Shown here: positions 28,771 to 39,545 of the stretch, piece after piece
Position numbering within the stretch: position 1 is the stretch's first letter
Layout: every line of letters begins with the position of its first letter
Source: Bacteroidales bacterium
GTDB taxonomy: Bacteria > Bacteroidota > Bacteroidia > Bacteroidales > GWA2-32-17
DNA: 64,000 nt
Assembly (NCBI GenBank): GCA_013314715.1
Contig: JABUFC010000002.1
Location: 24,484-88,483, forward strand
Direction: 5' to 3'
Translations under genes and position numbers: made by a program
Notes under the pieces: generated by a model
Databases searched by the model: none
Seen by the model: only the letters and a program-made list of their open reading frames with translations
What the model was told of the DNA's origin: nothing

Positions 28771-28844
28771 CGGGGTGTAGCGCAGTTGGCTAGCGCGCCA
28801 CGTTCGGGACGTGGAGGCCGGTGGTTCGAGTCCACTCACCCCGA
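28771..28844 (+). tRNA. tRNA-Pro (anticodon CGG)
   Basis: CGGGGTG TA GCGC AGTTGGCTA GCGC G CCACG TTCGGGA CGTGG AGGCC GGTGG TTCGAGT CCACT CACCCCG A. It folds as a clean cloverleaf and no CCA is encoded. Confidence 0.9.
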
Positions 28845-28925
28845 CTATTATTATGTTTATTAAATACAATATATTTAATTATTATACGTTTTATCAAACT
28901 CAAATATACCATTATATAAAAAGTT

Positions 28926-30197
28926 ATGAAAAAGCTATTTATCGTTTTCTTAGTTACATGTCAAAGTATTTTCGTTAGCAATGCACAAATTTCTAATCAA
29001 ACCTTAAATGGTAGAGATGGAGAAGCCAATGTTATTACTACTGCAGTTCCTTTTTTAACTATAGCTCCAGATTCAAGATCAGGCGCAATGGGCGATGCAG
29101 GCGTAAGTACTAGTCCTGATATAAACGCTCAACATCACAATCCCTCTAAGTACGTATTTATGAAAAATGATTTTGGTATTTCAATATCCTATACACCTTG
29201 GTTACGTCAATTAGTTAATGACATCAATTTAGCTTATGTAGCAGCATACAAAAAAATTGGTGGTGGTCAAGCATTAAGTGGTTCTTTACGTTATTTTTCA
29301 CTTGGTGACATTACTTTTACTAATATAAATGGCGATATTACTGGTCAACATAAGCCGAATGAATTTGCTCTTGATTTTGCCTATAATCGCATGTTAGGCG
29401 AACATATTAGTGGTTCTATTGCATTACGGTATGTTAATTCTAACCTTACAGGTGGTTACTCTGGTACTGGTCCTCAAACTAAAATTGGACAAGCTTTTGC
29501 TTCAGATGTTTCTATGTTTTACAAAAAAGAATTAGAAGTTCAAAAGAAAAAAGCAGAATTAAATATTGGCGCCAACATTTCAAATATTGGCTCTAAAATG
29601 TCTTATACCGATGGTGCTGTAAAAGATTTCTTACCTGCAATGCTTAGGGTCGGCTCTTCTTTTAAACTCGATATGGACGATTATAACAGTATCTTAGGTG
29701 TTTTAGAGCTTAGTAAGCTTTTGGTTCCTACCCCTCCTATTTATTATGCTGTTGGCGACACCTTACCCGATGGGTCAATTGTTACCATTCCTCAAAAATA
29801 TGTTCGTTATGGCAAACCTTCGAATGTTTCTGTACCTACTGGAATATTTCAATCATTTTGGGACGCACCAGGAGTACAACTCGATCCATTAAATCCAGAC
29901 GATAGAAGCCGTGCAAAAGAAGAATGGAGAGAAATTAATTGGTCTTTTGGTTTAGAATATTGGTACTCAAAGCAATTCGCTTTACGTGGAGGTTATTTTC
30001 ATGAAGATGCTACAAAAGGGAATAGAAAATTTTTTACCGTTGGTCTTGGATTAAAGCTTAAAGTTTTTGCACTTGATTTTTCTTATCTCATTCCAACCTC
30101 ACAACGACACCCTCTTGGTAATACATTACGGTTTACTATAATGTTCGATTTTGAAGCTACTAAAAAAGATGCTAATAATTCTAACAATAAAAATTAA
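28926..30197 (+). CDS. porV: T9SS outer-membrane channel/shuttle protein PorV (LptO)-like beta-barrel
   Basis: Signal peptide, then TTAVPFLTIAPDSRSGAMGDAGVSTSPD…SISYTPWLRQLV…LRYFSLGDI, which I recognise as the PorV/FadL-like pattern. 423 aa. Confidence 0.7.
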   Translation: MKKLFIVFLVTCQSIFVSNAQISNQTLNGRDGEANVITTAVPFLTIAPDSRSGAMGDAGVSTSPDINAQHHNPSKYVFMKNDFGISISYTPWLRQLVNDINLAYVAAYKKIGGGQALSGSLRYFSLGDITFTNINGDITGQHKPNEFALDFAYNRMLGEHISGSIALRYVNSNLTGGYSGTGPQTKIGQAFASDVSMFYKKELEVQKKKAELNIGANISNIGSKMSYTDGAVKDFLPAMLRVGSSFKLDMDDYNSILGVLELSKLLVPTPPIYYAVGDTLPDGSIVTIPQKYVRYGKPSNVSVPTGIFQSFWDAPGVQLDPLNPDDRSRAKEEWREINWSFGLEYWYSKQFALRGGYFHEDATKGNRKFFTVGLGLKLKVFALDFSYLIPTSQRHPLGNTLRFTIMFDFEATKKDANNSNNKN

Positions 30198-30688
30198 TGC
30201 AATTTAGAATTGGCTTTGGCTTTGATGTCCATCGTTTAGACGATAACTTACCTTTTATATTAGGAGGTGTTACTATTCCTAGTGCCAAAGGTATGGTTGC
30301 TCATTCGGATGGTGATGTACTTTTACATGCTATATGCGATGCCATGCTTGGAGCTGCCAATTTGGGCGATATTGGTACGCATTTTCCTGATTCTTCTAAA
30401 GAATACAAAAACATTAGTAGCTTATTACTACTAAAAAAAACACATGAGTTAATCAAAGCAAATGGTTATTCTATTTCGAATATTGATTCTACAGTAGTAG
30501 TTGAAAAGCCTAAAATAATGCCTTATATTGCTGCAATGCAAAATAATATTGCCCAAAATTTAAATTTAACAACGCATCAAATTTCTATAAAAGCGACTAC
30601 TAACGAAAAATTAGGATTTATTGGCAAAGAAGAAGGAATTACTGCTTATGCAGTAATATTATTATTTAATCCCAATATATCATTTTAA
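30197..30688 (+). CDS. ispF: 2-C-methyl-D-erythritol 2,4-cyclodiphosphate synthase
   Basis: GFGFDVHRL and HSDGDVLLHAICDA motifs. The ATG overlaps the porV stop (TAATG). Confidence 0.9.
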   Translation: MQFRIGFGFDVHRLDDNLPFILGGVTIPSAKGMVAHSDGDVLLHAICDAMLGAANLGDIGTHFPDSSKEYKNISSLLLLKKTHELIKANGYSISNIDSTVVVEKPKIMPYIAAMQNNIAQNLNLTTHQISIKATTNEKLGFIGKEEGITAYAVILLFNPNISF

Positions 30689-31395
30689 AAATTGGGCTTA
30701 TGAAAATATTCTAAATAAAATTCATGAATATGATTAGCTGCATCATTTGCATCATCGGCGATATACAATAATTCTAAATCTTTTTCACTAATATTATGTT
30801 CTTCGTTTAATACTTTTTCTTTTATCCAATTGATTAACCCTCCCCAATAATCACTACCTACTAATACTATTGGAAATCGTGCTATTTTATGAGTTTGTAT
30901 CAGCGTTAAAGATTCAAAAAGTTCATCAAACGTACCAAATCCGCCGGGCATAATAACAAAACCTTGTGCATACTTCATAAACATCACTTTTCGCACAAAG
31001 AAATAATTAAAATTAATAATCTTATCTTCGTCAATATAAGGATTGGGATGTTGCTCAAATTCTAAAACTATGTTAACTCCTACCGATTTTCCCCCTCCTC
31101 TCTTTGCTCCCTTATTAGCTGCCTCCATAATTCCAGGACCACCGCCAGTAATAATTCCGAATCCCTTTTGAGTAAGGTTAAAAGCAATTTCTTCGGCTAA
31201 TTTATAATATTTGTTATCGGGCTTTGTACGAGCAGAGCCAAATATTGAGACACAAGGTCCAATTTGCGATAATTTTTCAAATCCTTGTACAAATTCAGCC
31301 ATGATTTTAAAAATATGCCATGAATCATGAGTTTTGATTTCATGCCAACTTTTTGGCTCTAATGCTCTAATAATTTTTTCGTCACCGTGTTGCAT
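30685..31395 (-). CDS. LOG-family (TIGR00730-type) nucleotide phosphoribohydrolase
   Basis: GGGPGIMEA and PGGFGTFDELFE motifs. Confidence 0.8.
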   Translation of the reverse strand: MQHGDEKIIRALEPKSWHEIKTHDSWHIFKIMAEFVQGFEKLSQIGPCVSIFGSARTKPDNKYYKLAEEIAFNLTQKGFGIITGGGPGIMEAANKGAKRGGGKSVGVNIVLEFEQHPNPYIDEDKIINFNYFFVRKVMFMKYAQGFVIMPGGFGTFDELFESLTLIQTHKIARFPIVLVGSDYWGGLINWIKEKVLNEEHNISEKDLELLYIADDANDAANHIHEFYLEYFHKPNF

Positions 31396-31420
31396 AAACT
31401 TATTTTTAAATTTTTACTTT

Positions 31421-34249
31421 TTACGTTAATTGAGATGAAAAGTTTAATTCTGATTTAAGAACTTGAGCTGTAAAACTATTATTTATATGTACTATTTCTT
31501 CGGGTGTGCCTTGTGCTATAATATATCCACCTTTTTCTCCCCCATCTGGTCCCATATCTATAATATAATCGGCCTGTTTTATTACATCAAGATTGTGTTC
31601 AATAATAATCATAGTATTGCCCTTATCTACCAGTCGCTGAATAAGCTGCATTAAAATTCGTATATCTTCAAAATGCAAACCTGTAGTAGGTTCATCTAAA
31701 ATGTATAAAGTTTTGCCTGTATCGCGTTTTGTAAATTCTGCGGCTAATTTAACCCGTTGTGCTTCTCCACCACTTAATGTAGTGGCGGGTTGACCTAACT
31801 TAATATATCCTAAACCCACATCGTAAAGTGCTTTAAGTTTGGTATGTATATTAGGAATATTTTCGAAAAAATCGATAGCATGTTCAACCGTCATATCAAG
31901 TACATCGCTAATAGATTTGCCACGATATCTAACTTCTAATGTTTCACGATTATATCGACGTCCTCCACAATCAGGACATTCTACAAAAACATCGGGCAAA
32001 AAATTCATTTCAATTGTTTTTAATCCCGATCCGCCACATGTTTCGCATCTACCTCCTTTTATATTAAACGAAAAACGTCCCGGCTTATAACCTCTGACTT
32101 TAGCAAGGGGCATATCGGCAAATAAGTTTCTAATGTCATTAAAAATGTTTGTATAAGTAGCAATATTTGAACGTGGTGTACGTCCAATCGGTGCTTGATC
32201 TACTTCTATTACCTTATCAATAAATTCTAATCCTTCAACTGATTTATAAGGTAATGGATTTTTTAAGCTTCTGTAAAAATGTTTTGATAAAATAGGATAC
32301 AAAGTTTCGCGAATGAGTGATGATTTACCACTTCCTGAGACACCGGTAACACATATAAATGTTCCTAATGGAAAGGAGACATCAATATTTTTTAAATTAT
32401 GACCCGAAGCGCCTTTGATGGTTAAAAATTTTTCACTTCCTTTTCTTCGTTGTGATGGAATTTTAATTGCTTTTTTACCAGTTAAATAATCGGCGGTTAA
32501 TGAATGCTGCATCAATATTTCTTGTGGAGTTCCCGTAGCTATAATTTTACCACCATTATTACCGGCACCGGGACCCATATCGACTATATAATCGGCCGAT
32601 TCAATTATTTGCTTATCGTGTTCTACAACAACGATGGTATTTCCAATATCTCGCAGTTGTTTTAATGATTGTATTAATTTTTGATTATCCCTTTGATGCA
32701 ACCCAATACTGGGTTCATCTAAAATATATAATACGTTAACAAGTTTACTTCCGATTTGAGTCGCTAATCGAATACGTTGACTTTCGCCTCCCGATAAACT
32801 GTGGGCTGGGCGGTTTAAATGAAGGTAATTGATGCCTACATCTAAAATAAATTTTAAGCGATGCTTTATTTCTTTTAATATTTCAGCAGCAATTTTTTGT
32901 TGTTTAATAGTTAAAAATGGTTCTAAATTATTTATCCATTCATAAAGTTTATCTAAATTCATTGATGCAAGCTCGCCTATATGTCTTCCATGTATTTTAA
33001 AATGCAATGCTTCTTTTTTTAATCGATAACCTTTACAATCGGGACAAATATAAGTATCGACATAGGCCTCTGCCCATTGTTTCTCTTTTTCGCTAGTAGT
33101 ATCTTGGTGCATTTGCATAATTATATTTACAACCCCACCCCATTGAAAAGGTGATGAAAAAAAATCACTCTTTTTTATCCTAAAATAATGAGGCGAACCA
33201 TAAAGTATTATATCTAATACATCTTTAGATAAATTTTTAATTGGTGTGTTAAGGGTTTGCTCAAAATAACTTACAATGGCCTCAAGTTGATTAAAAATGT
33301 TACTAACACGATATTTGCCTAATGGTAATATTCCACCTGCAGCGATAGAAAGATTTTTATCGGGAATAATTTTATTTTCGTCAATTTTACTTATTTCTCC
33401 GAGTCCATAACACGTTGGGCAAGAGCCTTGAGGTGAATTAAAAGAGAATGTATGAGGTGCCGGATCGTTGTATGATATACCAGTTGTTGGGCAAACAAAA
33501 AGTTTGCTATAATAATATTCTTTTCGATTTTCTTCATCTATGATTAAACATGTTCCACTCCCTTGTTTTAGGCTTAAATTTAATGACTGATGAAGACGTT
33601 TTTCGTTTTTATCATTAATAACAAGTTGATCGATATATAGCTCAACATGATGAACTTTATATCGATCGAGCATAAAACCGGGTCTAAGCAGTGTAAGTTT
33701 GCCATTTATGCGTGCATATAAAAATCCCTTGTTTCTCAGATGTTCAAAGAGTTCTTGATAATGACCTTTTCTACCACGAATGATGGGTGCATATAAAGAA
33801 ATAGATTTGCCTTTAAATTGTTTAAAAATAAGTTCACGAATCTGTTCTTCTGTGTATTTTATCATTTTTTCGCCTGTCTCATACGAATAAGCTTCACCTA
33901 TTCGGGCATATAAAAGGCGTAAGAAATCATAAATTTCGGTAATAGTACCAACTGTAGAACGAGGATTACGTGAAACAGTTTTTTGTTCGATAGCAATAAC
34001 CGGACATAATCCATCAATTTTATCAACATTGGGGCGTTGAAGGTTGCCAATAAACTGGCGTGCATAAGCTGAAAATGTTTCCATATAACGTCGTTGCCCC
34101 TCGGCGTAAATGGTATCGAAAGCTAAGGAAGACTTGCCGCTTCCCGATAAGCCTGTAATTACAGTTAAAGCATCATGGGGTATATCGACATCAATATTTT
34201 TTAGGTTATGTTCGCGAGCTCCTAATACCCTTATATATTTTAAATTCAT
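31421..34249 (-). CDS. uvrA: Excinuclease ABC subunit A
   Basis: 942 aa. Two ABC modules (GLSGSGKSS; GVSGSGKSS; two LSGGE signatures) and CxxC zinc modules. Confidence 0.95.
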   Translation of the reverse strand: MNLKYIRVLGAREHNLKNIDVDIPHDALTVITGLSGSGKSSLAFDTIYAEGQRRYMETFSAYARQFIGNLQRPNVDKIDGLCPVIAIEQKTVSRNPRSTVGTITEIYDFLRLLYARIGEAYSYETGEKMIKYTEEQIRELIFKQFKGKSISLYAPIIRGRKGHYQELFEHLRNKGFLYARINGKLTLLRPGFMLDRYKVHHVELYIDQLVINDKNEKRLHQSLNLSLKQGSGTCLIIDEENRKEYYYSKLFVCPTTGISYNDPAPHTFSFNSPQGSCPTCYGLGEISKIDENKIIPDKNLSIAAGGILPLGKYRVSNIFNQLEAIVSYFEQTLNTPIKNLSKDVLDIILYGSPHYFRIKKSDFFSSPFQWGGVVNIIMQMHQDTTSEKEKQWAEAYVDTYICPDCKGYRLKKEALHFKIHGRHIGELASMNLDKLYEWINNLEPFLTIKQQKIAAEILKEIKHRLKFILDVGINYLHLNRPAHSLSGGESQRIRLATQIGSKLVNVLYILDEPSIGLHQRDNQKLIQSLKQLRDIGNTIVVVEHDKQIIESADYIVDMGPGAGNNGGKIIATGTPQEILMQHSLTADYLTGKKAIKIPSQRRKGSEKFLTIKGASGHNLKNIDVSFPLGTFICVTGVSGSGKSSLIRETLYPILSKHFYRSLKNPLPYKSVEGLEFIDKVIEVDQAPIGRTPRSNIATYTNIFNDIRNLFADMPLAKVRGYKPGRFSFNIKGGRCETCGGSGLKTIEMNFLPDVFVECPDCGGRRYNRETLEVRYRGKSISDVLDMTVEHAIDFFENIPNIHTKLKALYDVGLGYIKLGQPATTLSGGEAQRVKLAAEFTKRDTGKTLYILDEPTTGLHFEDIRILMQLIQRLVDKGNTMIIIEHNLDVIKQADYIIDMGPDGGEKGGYIIAQGTPEEIVHINNSFTAQVLKSELNFSSQLT

Positions 34250-34252
34250 AAA

Positions 34253-35296
34253 TTATTTAATTGAATCGGTAGCAACACTTAGTGTATCGTCTGCAAAATA
34301 TAACTGCATTAATTTTTTAATATTTCTATATTCAGGTTTGGGTAGTTGAATAAAATAAGTTTTACCGTTTTCTATAGTTAGTTTATTCTTTTTTAACCAT
34401 GGGTTGAATATTTTCAATAATTTATAGTTTAAGCCTTTATCAATTGCAAATTGTGTTAAATCATTTATTGTGGTATCAACTGCATATTTTTCGGTTGGTA
34501 TATTCATATATCTTTGCGACTTTGGTATATAAAATCCATATTTTTTGGGATTAGAAAGAATCGTTTTTAGAGCTAATATTCTATATACATAGCGAGCTGT
34601 TTCTTCGTTAAGATAGAGGTCATAATAACTATTGGCCTTTTGGTTAGCAATTACTTTATCAAGATTACCAGCTCCTAAATTATAAGCAGCTGCAACAAGT
34701 GTCCAATTTTTATAGTAAGAATATAGATCTTTAATGTGTTTAACTGCTGCTTCGGTTGCTTTTTCAAGATTATAACGTTCATCAATTTCATCGTTTATAA
34801 CTAATCCATATCTTTCGGCTGTTGGCTTCATAAATTGCCAAAAACCAGAGGCTCCGGCCGGACTCACCACATTAGAAAAACCACTTTCTACAACAACTAA
34901 ATATTTAAAATCGTCTGGAATATTATTTTTTTTAAGAATAGGTTCAATTGTAGGAAAATATCGATAAGCTCTTTTTAAAATTACAATTGTTTGCGAATGC
35001 CAATATGAGTTGATTAGAAATTCGCGATCAAGGCTTTCGTAAACATCAAAATTCTCTATGGGGACACGCTCATTAGCAAAACTAAGTGAATCGGGGATTT
35101 CTATTGAAGTGGCATAAAAAGATGGATTGTTCATTATGTGATTGTTTTTATCCACAGAATTATTACTAAAAATTAGGTATTTATGCAATATGTAAATACC
35201 TATAATAAAAACAATAAATGCAAAAACTTTAAAACTTAAGCGATTGAATATTAAACTACTACTACTTTTTATTTTTTCTATTAACTCGGAATGCAT
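34253..35296 (-). CDS. Membrane-anchored lytic transglycosylase (SLT domain)
   Basis: N-terminal TM helix. Catalytic context VVVESGFS…GASGFWQFM…AAYNLG. Confidence 0.75.
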   Translation of the reverse strand: MHSELIEKIKSSSSLIFNRLSFKVFAFIVFIIGIYILHKYLIFSNNSVDKNNHIMNNPSFYATSIEIPDSLSFANERVPIENFDVYESLDREFLINSYWHSQTIVILKRAYRYFPTIEPILKKNNIPDDFKYLVVVESGFSNVVSPAGASGFWQFMKPTAERYGLVINDEIDERYNLEKATEAAVKHIKDLYSYYKNWTLVAAAYNLGAGNLDKVIANQKANSYYDLYLNEETARYVYRILALKTILSNPKKYGFYIPKSQRYMNIPTEKYAVDTTINDLTQFAIDKGLNYKLLKIFNPWLKKNKLTIENGKTYFIQLPKPEYRNIKKLMQLYFADDTLSVATDSIK

Positions 35297-36320
35297 TGAT
35301 ATATAAAAAAAGAACTACAAAGATACTATAAAAAAATGAAATTATGACTAATGATTTATTTAAATTGCCGGTATATAAAAAATACGTAGCAATAATTACC
35401 CCAATAAGATTTAACAAAAATAGAAGAATGGCAATTTTATTTTCACTCAGTCCGATATAATAAAGAGCATGAGTGGTATGATCTTTTCCACCAGTAAAAG
35501 GTGATTTTTTTTCTAATATGCGATTTATGGTAACGGTTGTAGTATCAGCTATAGGTATAAGGAAAAATAATAAAATATATAAAAAGGGTAATAAATTCGT
35601 CCATTGATTATATTCATAAATTGAATGATTCCAAATATATTTGACACCAAAGATTGCTAAAAATAAACCTAAAAATAAACTACCATTATCGCCCATATAC
35701 ATTTTGGCAGGATGAAAATTAAATATAAGAAAAGTAATTAATGCATAAAATAGCCCTAATAATATTAACAATTCAAATAAATTATGAAAATAAAAAACAT
35801 TCATAAAAATAAATCCTAATAATATTGAAACACTTACAACTGTTGAAATGGCATCCATATTATCGAGCATATTGATAGAATTCATCATACCGACATACCA
35901 AATAATAGTAATTGCATAATTTAAGAAAATGTTATCAAAAATATTGATATATAAGCCAGAATATATCAATATCAAGGCAACTATTATTTGTAAAAACAAC
36001 TTTAAATTAGGCGAAATAGACAACATATCGTCGGCTAAACCGATAAAAAAAACAAATATTAATGAAATTGAAATAAACAAATATTCAATTTTAATTAAAT
36101 TATTTGAAATTGGTTGAGACAAAAGAAAAAATGTGCTTGCAAATAAAAAACTAAGAAAAAATGTAATACCTCCAGCAACAGGTTTTTTTTGAGAACTCCA
36201 GCGAACAGCTTTCTGATTAGCTTTGTTTATTTTAAAATATTTAGCTTTTTGATAAAAAAAGTTATGTAATAAAATAAAAACACTAATAGATGCTAATGAG
36301 TATAATATAAATAACAACAT
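35262..36320 (-). CDS. Polyprenyl-phosphate sugar-1-phosphate transferase (MraY/WecA family, GT4 of the polyprenol class)
   Basis: Polytopic membrane protein with the DD…, MINSINMLDNMD and MYMGDNGSLFLG motifs. Confidence 0.8.
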   Translation of the reverse strand: MLLFILYSLASISVFILLHNFFYQKAKYFKINKANQKAVRWSSQKKPVAGGITFFLSFLFASTFFLLSQPISNNLIKIEYLFISISLIFVFFIGLADDMLSISPNLKLFLQIIVALILIYSGLYINIFDNIFLNYAITIIWYVGMMNSINMLDNMDAISTVVSVSILLGFIFMNVFYFHNLFELLILLGLFYALITFLIFNFHPAKMYMGDNGSLFLGLFLAIFGVKYIWNHSIYEYNQWTNLLPFLYILLFFLIPIADTTTVTINRILEKKSPFTGGKDHTTHALYYIGLSENKIAILLFLLNLIGVIIATYFLYTGNLNKSLVIISFFYSIFVVLFLYINAFRVNRKNKK

Positions 36321-36324
36321 AATT

Positions 36325-38748
36325 CTAAAGCTTATGTAATAATCTTACAATCAAAGATTTTTTCTTTCGTGGTAAATCGTCATAATAATGATTTTCGTAA
36401 TCAGACGTGTAACCATATCCATAATTATACGAATATCCGTATTGATTACCGTATTTGGTTTTATCAAAATCGTAAGCATTTATTAAAATCATTAAATTCT
36501 TTATATTTTTATCGTCCATTAAATGATTTACATTATATAAAAATGAACGCTTCGAAAAATGAGATTTCATAACATAAATGGGGAAATCTGAAATTTTAAA
36601 TATTGTAAGTGCATCCGATACTAAACCTAAAGGTGGAGTATCAATTACTACATAGTCATACATGTCAGAAAGTTTTTTTAAGAAATCTTCGAAAACATTC
36701 GAAGAAATAAGTTCAGAGGGATTTGGAGGTATGGGTCCAGCCGTTATGTAATCTAAAGTAGGTAATTTTGATTTTTTTATACTATCTTCAATTTTGTTCT
36801 TACCGATCAATATTGTAGATATCCCTTTGCTGTTATCTGTATTAAAGCCAACATGTATTCTTGGTCGTCGTAAATCCATATCGAGCAATACTACTCGTTT
36901 ATTTTGCAAAGCAAAAATACCTGCTAAATTTATGGCAAAAAAGGTCTTCCCTTCTCCGCTTACTGTTGATGAAACTGAAATAATATTATGGCTTTTATCT
37001 TTTTGCAAAAATTCTATACTGGCTCTGCATGCTCTAAACGATTCGCTAAAAATTGAATTGGGCTTTATGTCAATTAAAAGTTGTGATACTGGTAATTTAG
37101 CTTTATATAAAGGAATTATGCCAAGCACTTTAGCTTCGGTATAGGCTTGAATATCTTCCACAGAAGTAATTTCATTATATAATAAATAACGAATAATCAT
37201 AAAACCTAAGCTTATTATAAAAGCTAATATTAAAGCTACTATTATAACCATCCTTTTATTAGGCGAGATGGGTTCTTTGGGTGTATTGGCATTTTGTAAT
37301 ATAATATTTTGACTTACGCTTCCGGCTTGACTTATAAGATATTCTGTTTTTTTCTCGAGTAGTTTATTGTAATAGCCAACGTTGATATCGTATAATCGTT
37401 TTAGCTTTAAATAATCGAGATCAGATAGTGCATTAGTTCCAAATTTATTTTGTTGATAAAATGTTAATTTTTCGTTTAAAATATTTTTCTTATCGTTAAG
37501 TCTTTGAGCATTAGCTTTCAAAATGTCAATAAGGGTATTGCGTTGTTTTTCAATTTGTTTATTGATCGTTTTTACTTGAAAGCTATTGGGAGTTTTGCTC
37601 GATAATACTTGTTCCTTTTGATCATCTAAATATTGTATTTTATTGATTATTGACATTGTAATTGGATCAGAGTTTGGCACAAGAGAAATAAGTTCAAAAA
37701 TTGGTAATTCTGGATTTTGTTGGAGCTTAGATATTAAACGTTTATATGCATATAACTCAATTTCTAAACTTTCAATTTCTTGTTGTATTTTATCGGTAAG
37801 TTGTTCATAACGAGCCAAAGGACTTTCTTTTTCAGGATCAGTTAAAAATGAAATATTATGTGAATTTTTGAATAAAAGCAGTTGTTCTTCTAAGCTATCA
37901 ATAGTTCTATATATTAACTTACTTTGCTCTTCTATAAACTTTAATATTAACTTGGAGCTTTCTATTTTCTTTTCAACATCATAATTAATAAATTCTTCAG
38001 CAATTGTTTTTACTACTTCAGAAGCTTTTGATGGATTGTTATCAGTAAATTTTATTTGAATAGTATTGGCTTCGGCATTTAAAACAAAAACTTCTAATTT
38101 ACTAGTATTTGAATGTTGAATATAATTAGAATCGTTAATAATAAAATAATATGAATCATTTTTTATTTTTTCGGTTTGTTGATGAATAGATACAGAATCA
38201 ATAACATCTATTTTTAATTTTATTCCATTCCATTCTACCCATTGATTTATAGGAAGGCTTTTTTCAACCTTTTGGTCTGCATATTTATATCTTAAAATAG
38301 CCGTATGATCGGTAAAAGAAACAAATATAGGCAAACCATAATAATTTTTACTAGTTATTTGATACGATACTATAAATGGAGTAGAACGATATAATTCAAA
38401 AGCTAAAAAAGTACCTTGTGAATAATAACTAACATCAAGAGGTAGCTTATTAAATGTTCTTTTTAAAAATTCGGGTGAACGCAATAATTCTATGGTTTGA
38501 TTTAAATTTACTTCGTCGTTTTTAATATTTGATATTTCTAAAATTTGATTCGTTTTGTCCGTTTCGTTTTTTATTTGTAAAACAGATGTTGCCACATACA
38601 ATGGTGGTGTATATCGCAAATAAAGGTAAGCTCCGACTATCGCAAAAATAAAAACAATAGCAGTAAATAACATCGAACGTTTAATTATGTGCAATACGAT
38701 AAATGGGTCTATTTTTTCGTTTAATATGGGTATCTTTTTTCGTTCCAT
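36325..38748 (-). CDS. Polysaccharide co-polymerase / tyrosine autokinase (Wzc-like)
   Basis: Wzz-like N-terminal TM and coiled-coil periplasmic region, then a second TM. Kinase Walker A SGEGKTF, A' LLDMDLRRP and B VVIDTPP. Tyr-rich tail GYSYNYGYGYTSDYENHYYDD. Confidence 0.85.
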   Translation of the reverse strand: MERKKIPILNEKIDPFIVLHIIKRSMLFTAIVFIFAIVGAYLYLRYTPPLYVATSVLQIKNETDKTNQILEISNIKNDEVNLNQTIELLRSPEFLKRTFNKLPLDVSYYSQGTFLAFELYRSTPFIVSYQITSKNYYGLPIFVSFTDHTAILRYKYADQKVEKSLPINQWVEWNGIKLKIDVIDSVSIHQQTEKIKNDSYYFIINDSNYIQHSNTSKLEVFVLNAEANTIQIKFTDNNPSKASEVVKTIAEEFINYDVEKKIESSKLILKFIEEQSKLIYRTIDSLEEQLLLFKNSHNISFLTDPEKESPLARYEQLTDKIQQEIESLEIELYAYKRLISKLQQNPELPIFELISLVPNSDPITMSIINKIQYLDDQKEQVLSSKTPNSFQVKTINKQIEKQRNTLIDILKANAQRLNDKKNILNEKLTFYQQNKFGTNALSDLDYLKLKRLYDINVGYYNKLLEKKTEYLISQAGSVSQNIILQNANTPKEPISPNKRMVIIVALILAFIISLGFMIIRYLLYNEITSVEDIQAYTEAKVLGIIPLYKAKLPVSQLLIDIKPNSIFSESFRACRASIEFLQKDKSHNIISVSSTVSGEGKTFFAINLAGIFALQNKRVVLLDMDLRRPRIHVGFNTDNSKGISTILIGKNKIEDSIKKSKLPTLDYITAGPIPPNPSELISSNVFEDFLKKLSDMYDYVVIDTPPLGLVSDALTIFKISDFPIYVMKSHFSKRSFLYNVNHLMDDKNIKNLMILINAYDFDKTKYGNQYGYSYNYGYGYTSDYENHYYDDLPRKKKSLIVRLLHKL

Positions 38749-38750
38749 GT

Positions 38751-39545
38751 TTATCTAAAAATGCTAAATACCAGTAAGGCTGTTGAAAATAAACTTAAAT
38801 AAGGTGTAATTTCTGCCAATATTTTAGACGCATATCGTGGACGTGCCTCTACATAAATAATATCATTTGCCTGTAAAATAAAATTGGCATCTTTCATATT
38901 AGAAATATTTTGTAGGTTGAATAAGTAAATTTCTGGATTGTTTAAATCGCCTCGCAATAATTTAATTTTGTACGACTTTGTATAATCATTAATTCCACCC
39001 GATTCAGCAAGTGCTTCAATAAGGGTATAATTGTCGTTTTTTAGAGTAATGACTTTTCCAATTGATGCACCACTTGTAAAAACAACTACTCGTTTATTGG
39101 TTACATTTATTTTTACAAAAGGATCAATCATAAATTCTTTGTACTTATTCTCTAAAAATTCTTCGGCCTGACGAATAGTTAATCCTGCTAATGGTACCCT
39201 ACCCAATGAGGGCAGCTTTACAAGTCCATCGTATTCTACATTATATTCAATAGGATTTTGTTGAACCGACAGTTGTTGCATTTCAACTAAATTAACCCCA
39301 TTGTTATAATAAACTTTTACATCGAGCTTATCAAAGGGTTGAATTTTATATTCCTTTTCATTCGGTTTAAAACTTGCATATTTGTAACCCTTAGGTATTC
39401 TAAACATTTCGTTGGAATTAAATATGCCACACGATGTAAATAATACAACCTGAATTACTAATAAAGTTGTAAAAAATATATCCTTTCTAATTTTCAAAAT
39501 GCTCAATTTTAGTTCAAAGGTATGAAAGTTAATAAATTTATGCAA
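38751..39545 (-). CDS. Polysaccharide export outer-membrane lipoprotein (Wza-like)
   Basis: Lipobox LFTSCG, then a Poly_export-like region (IQPFDKLDVKVY…) and an SLBB-like region. Confidence 0.7.
   Translation of the reverse strand: MHKFINFHTFELKLSILKIRKDIFFTTLLVIQVVLFTSCGIFNSNEMFRIPKGYKYASFKPNEKEYKIQPFDKLDVKVYYNNGVNLVEMQQLSVQQNPIEYNVEYDGLVKLPSLGRVPLAGLTIRQAEEFLENKYKEFMIDPFVKINVTNKRVVVFTSGASIGKVITLKNDNYTLIEALAESGGINDYTKSYKIKLLRGDLNNPEIYLFNLQNISNMKDANFILQANDIIYVEARPRYASKILAEITPYLSLFSTALLVFSIFR

Noticed and set aside
28623-28835. 70-aa minus-strand ORF.
   Set aside because: It overlaps the 3' end of rpe and most of tRNA-Pro. Its GC-rich reading frame is simply the tRNA read in antisense.
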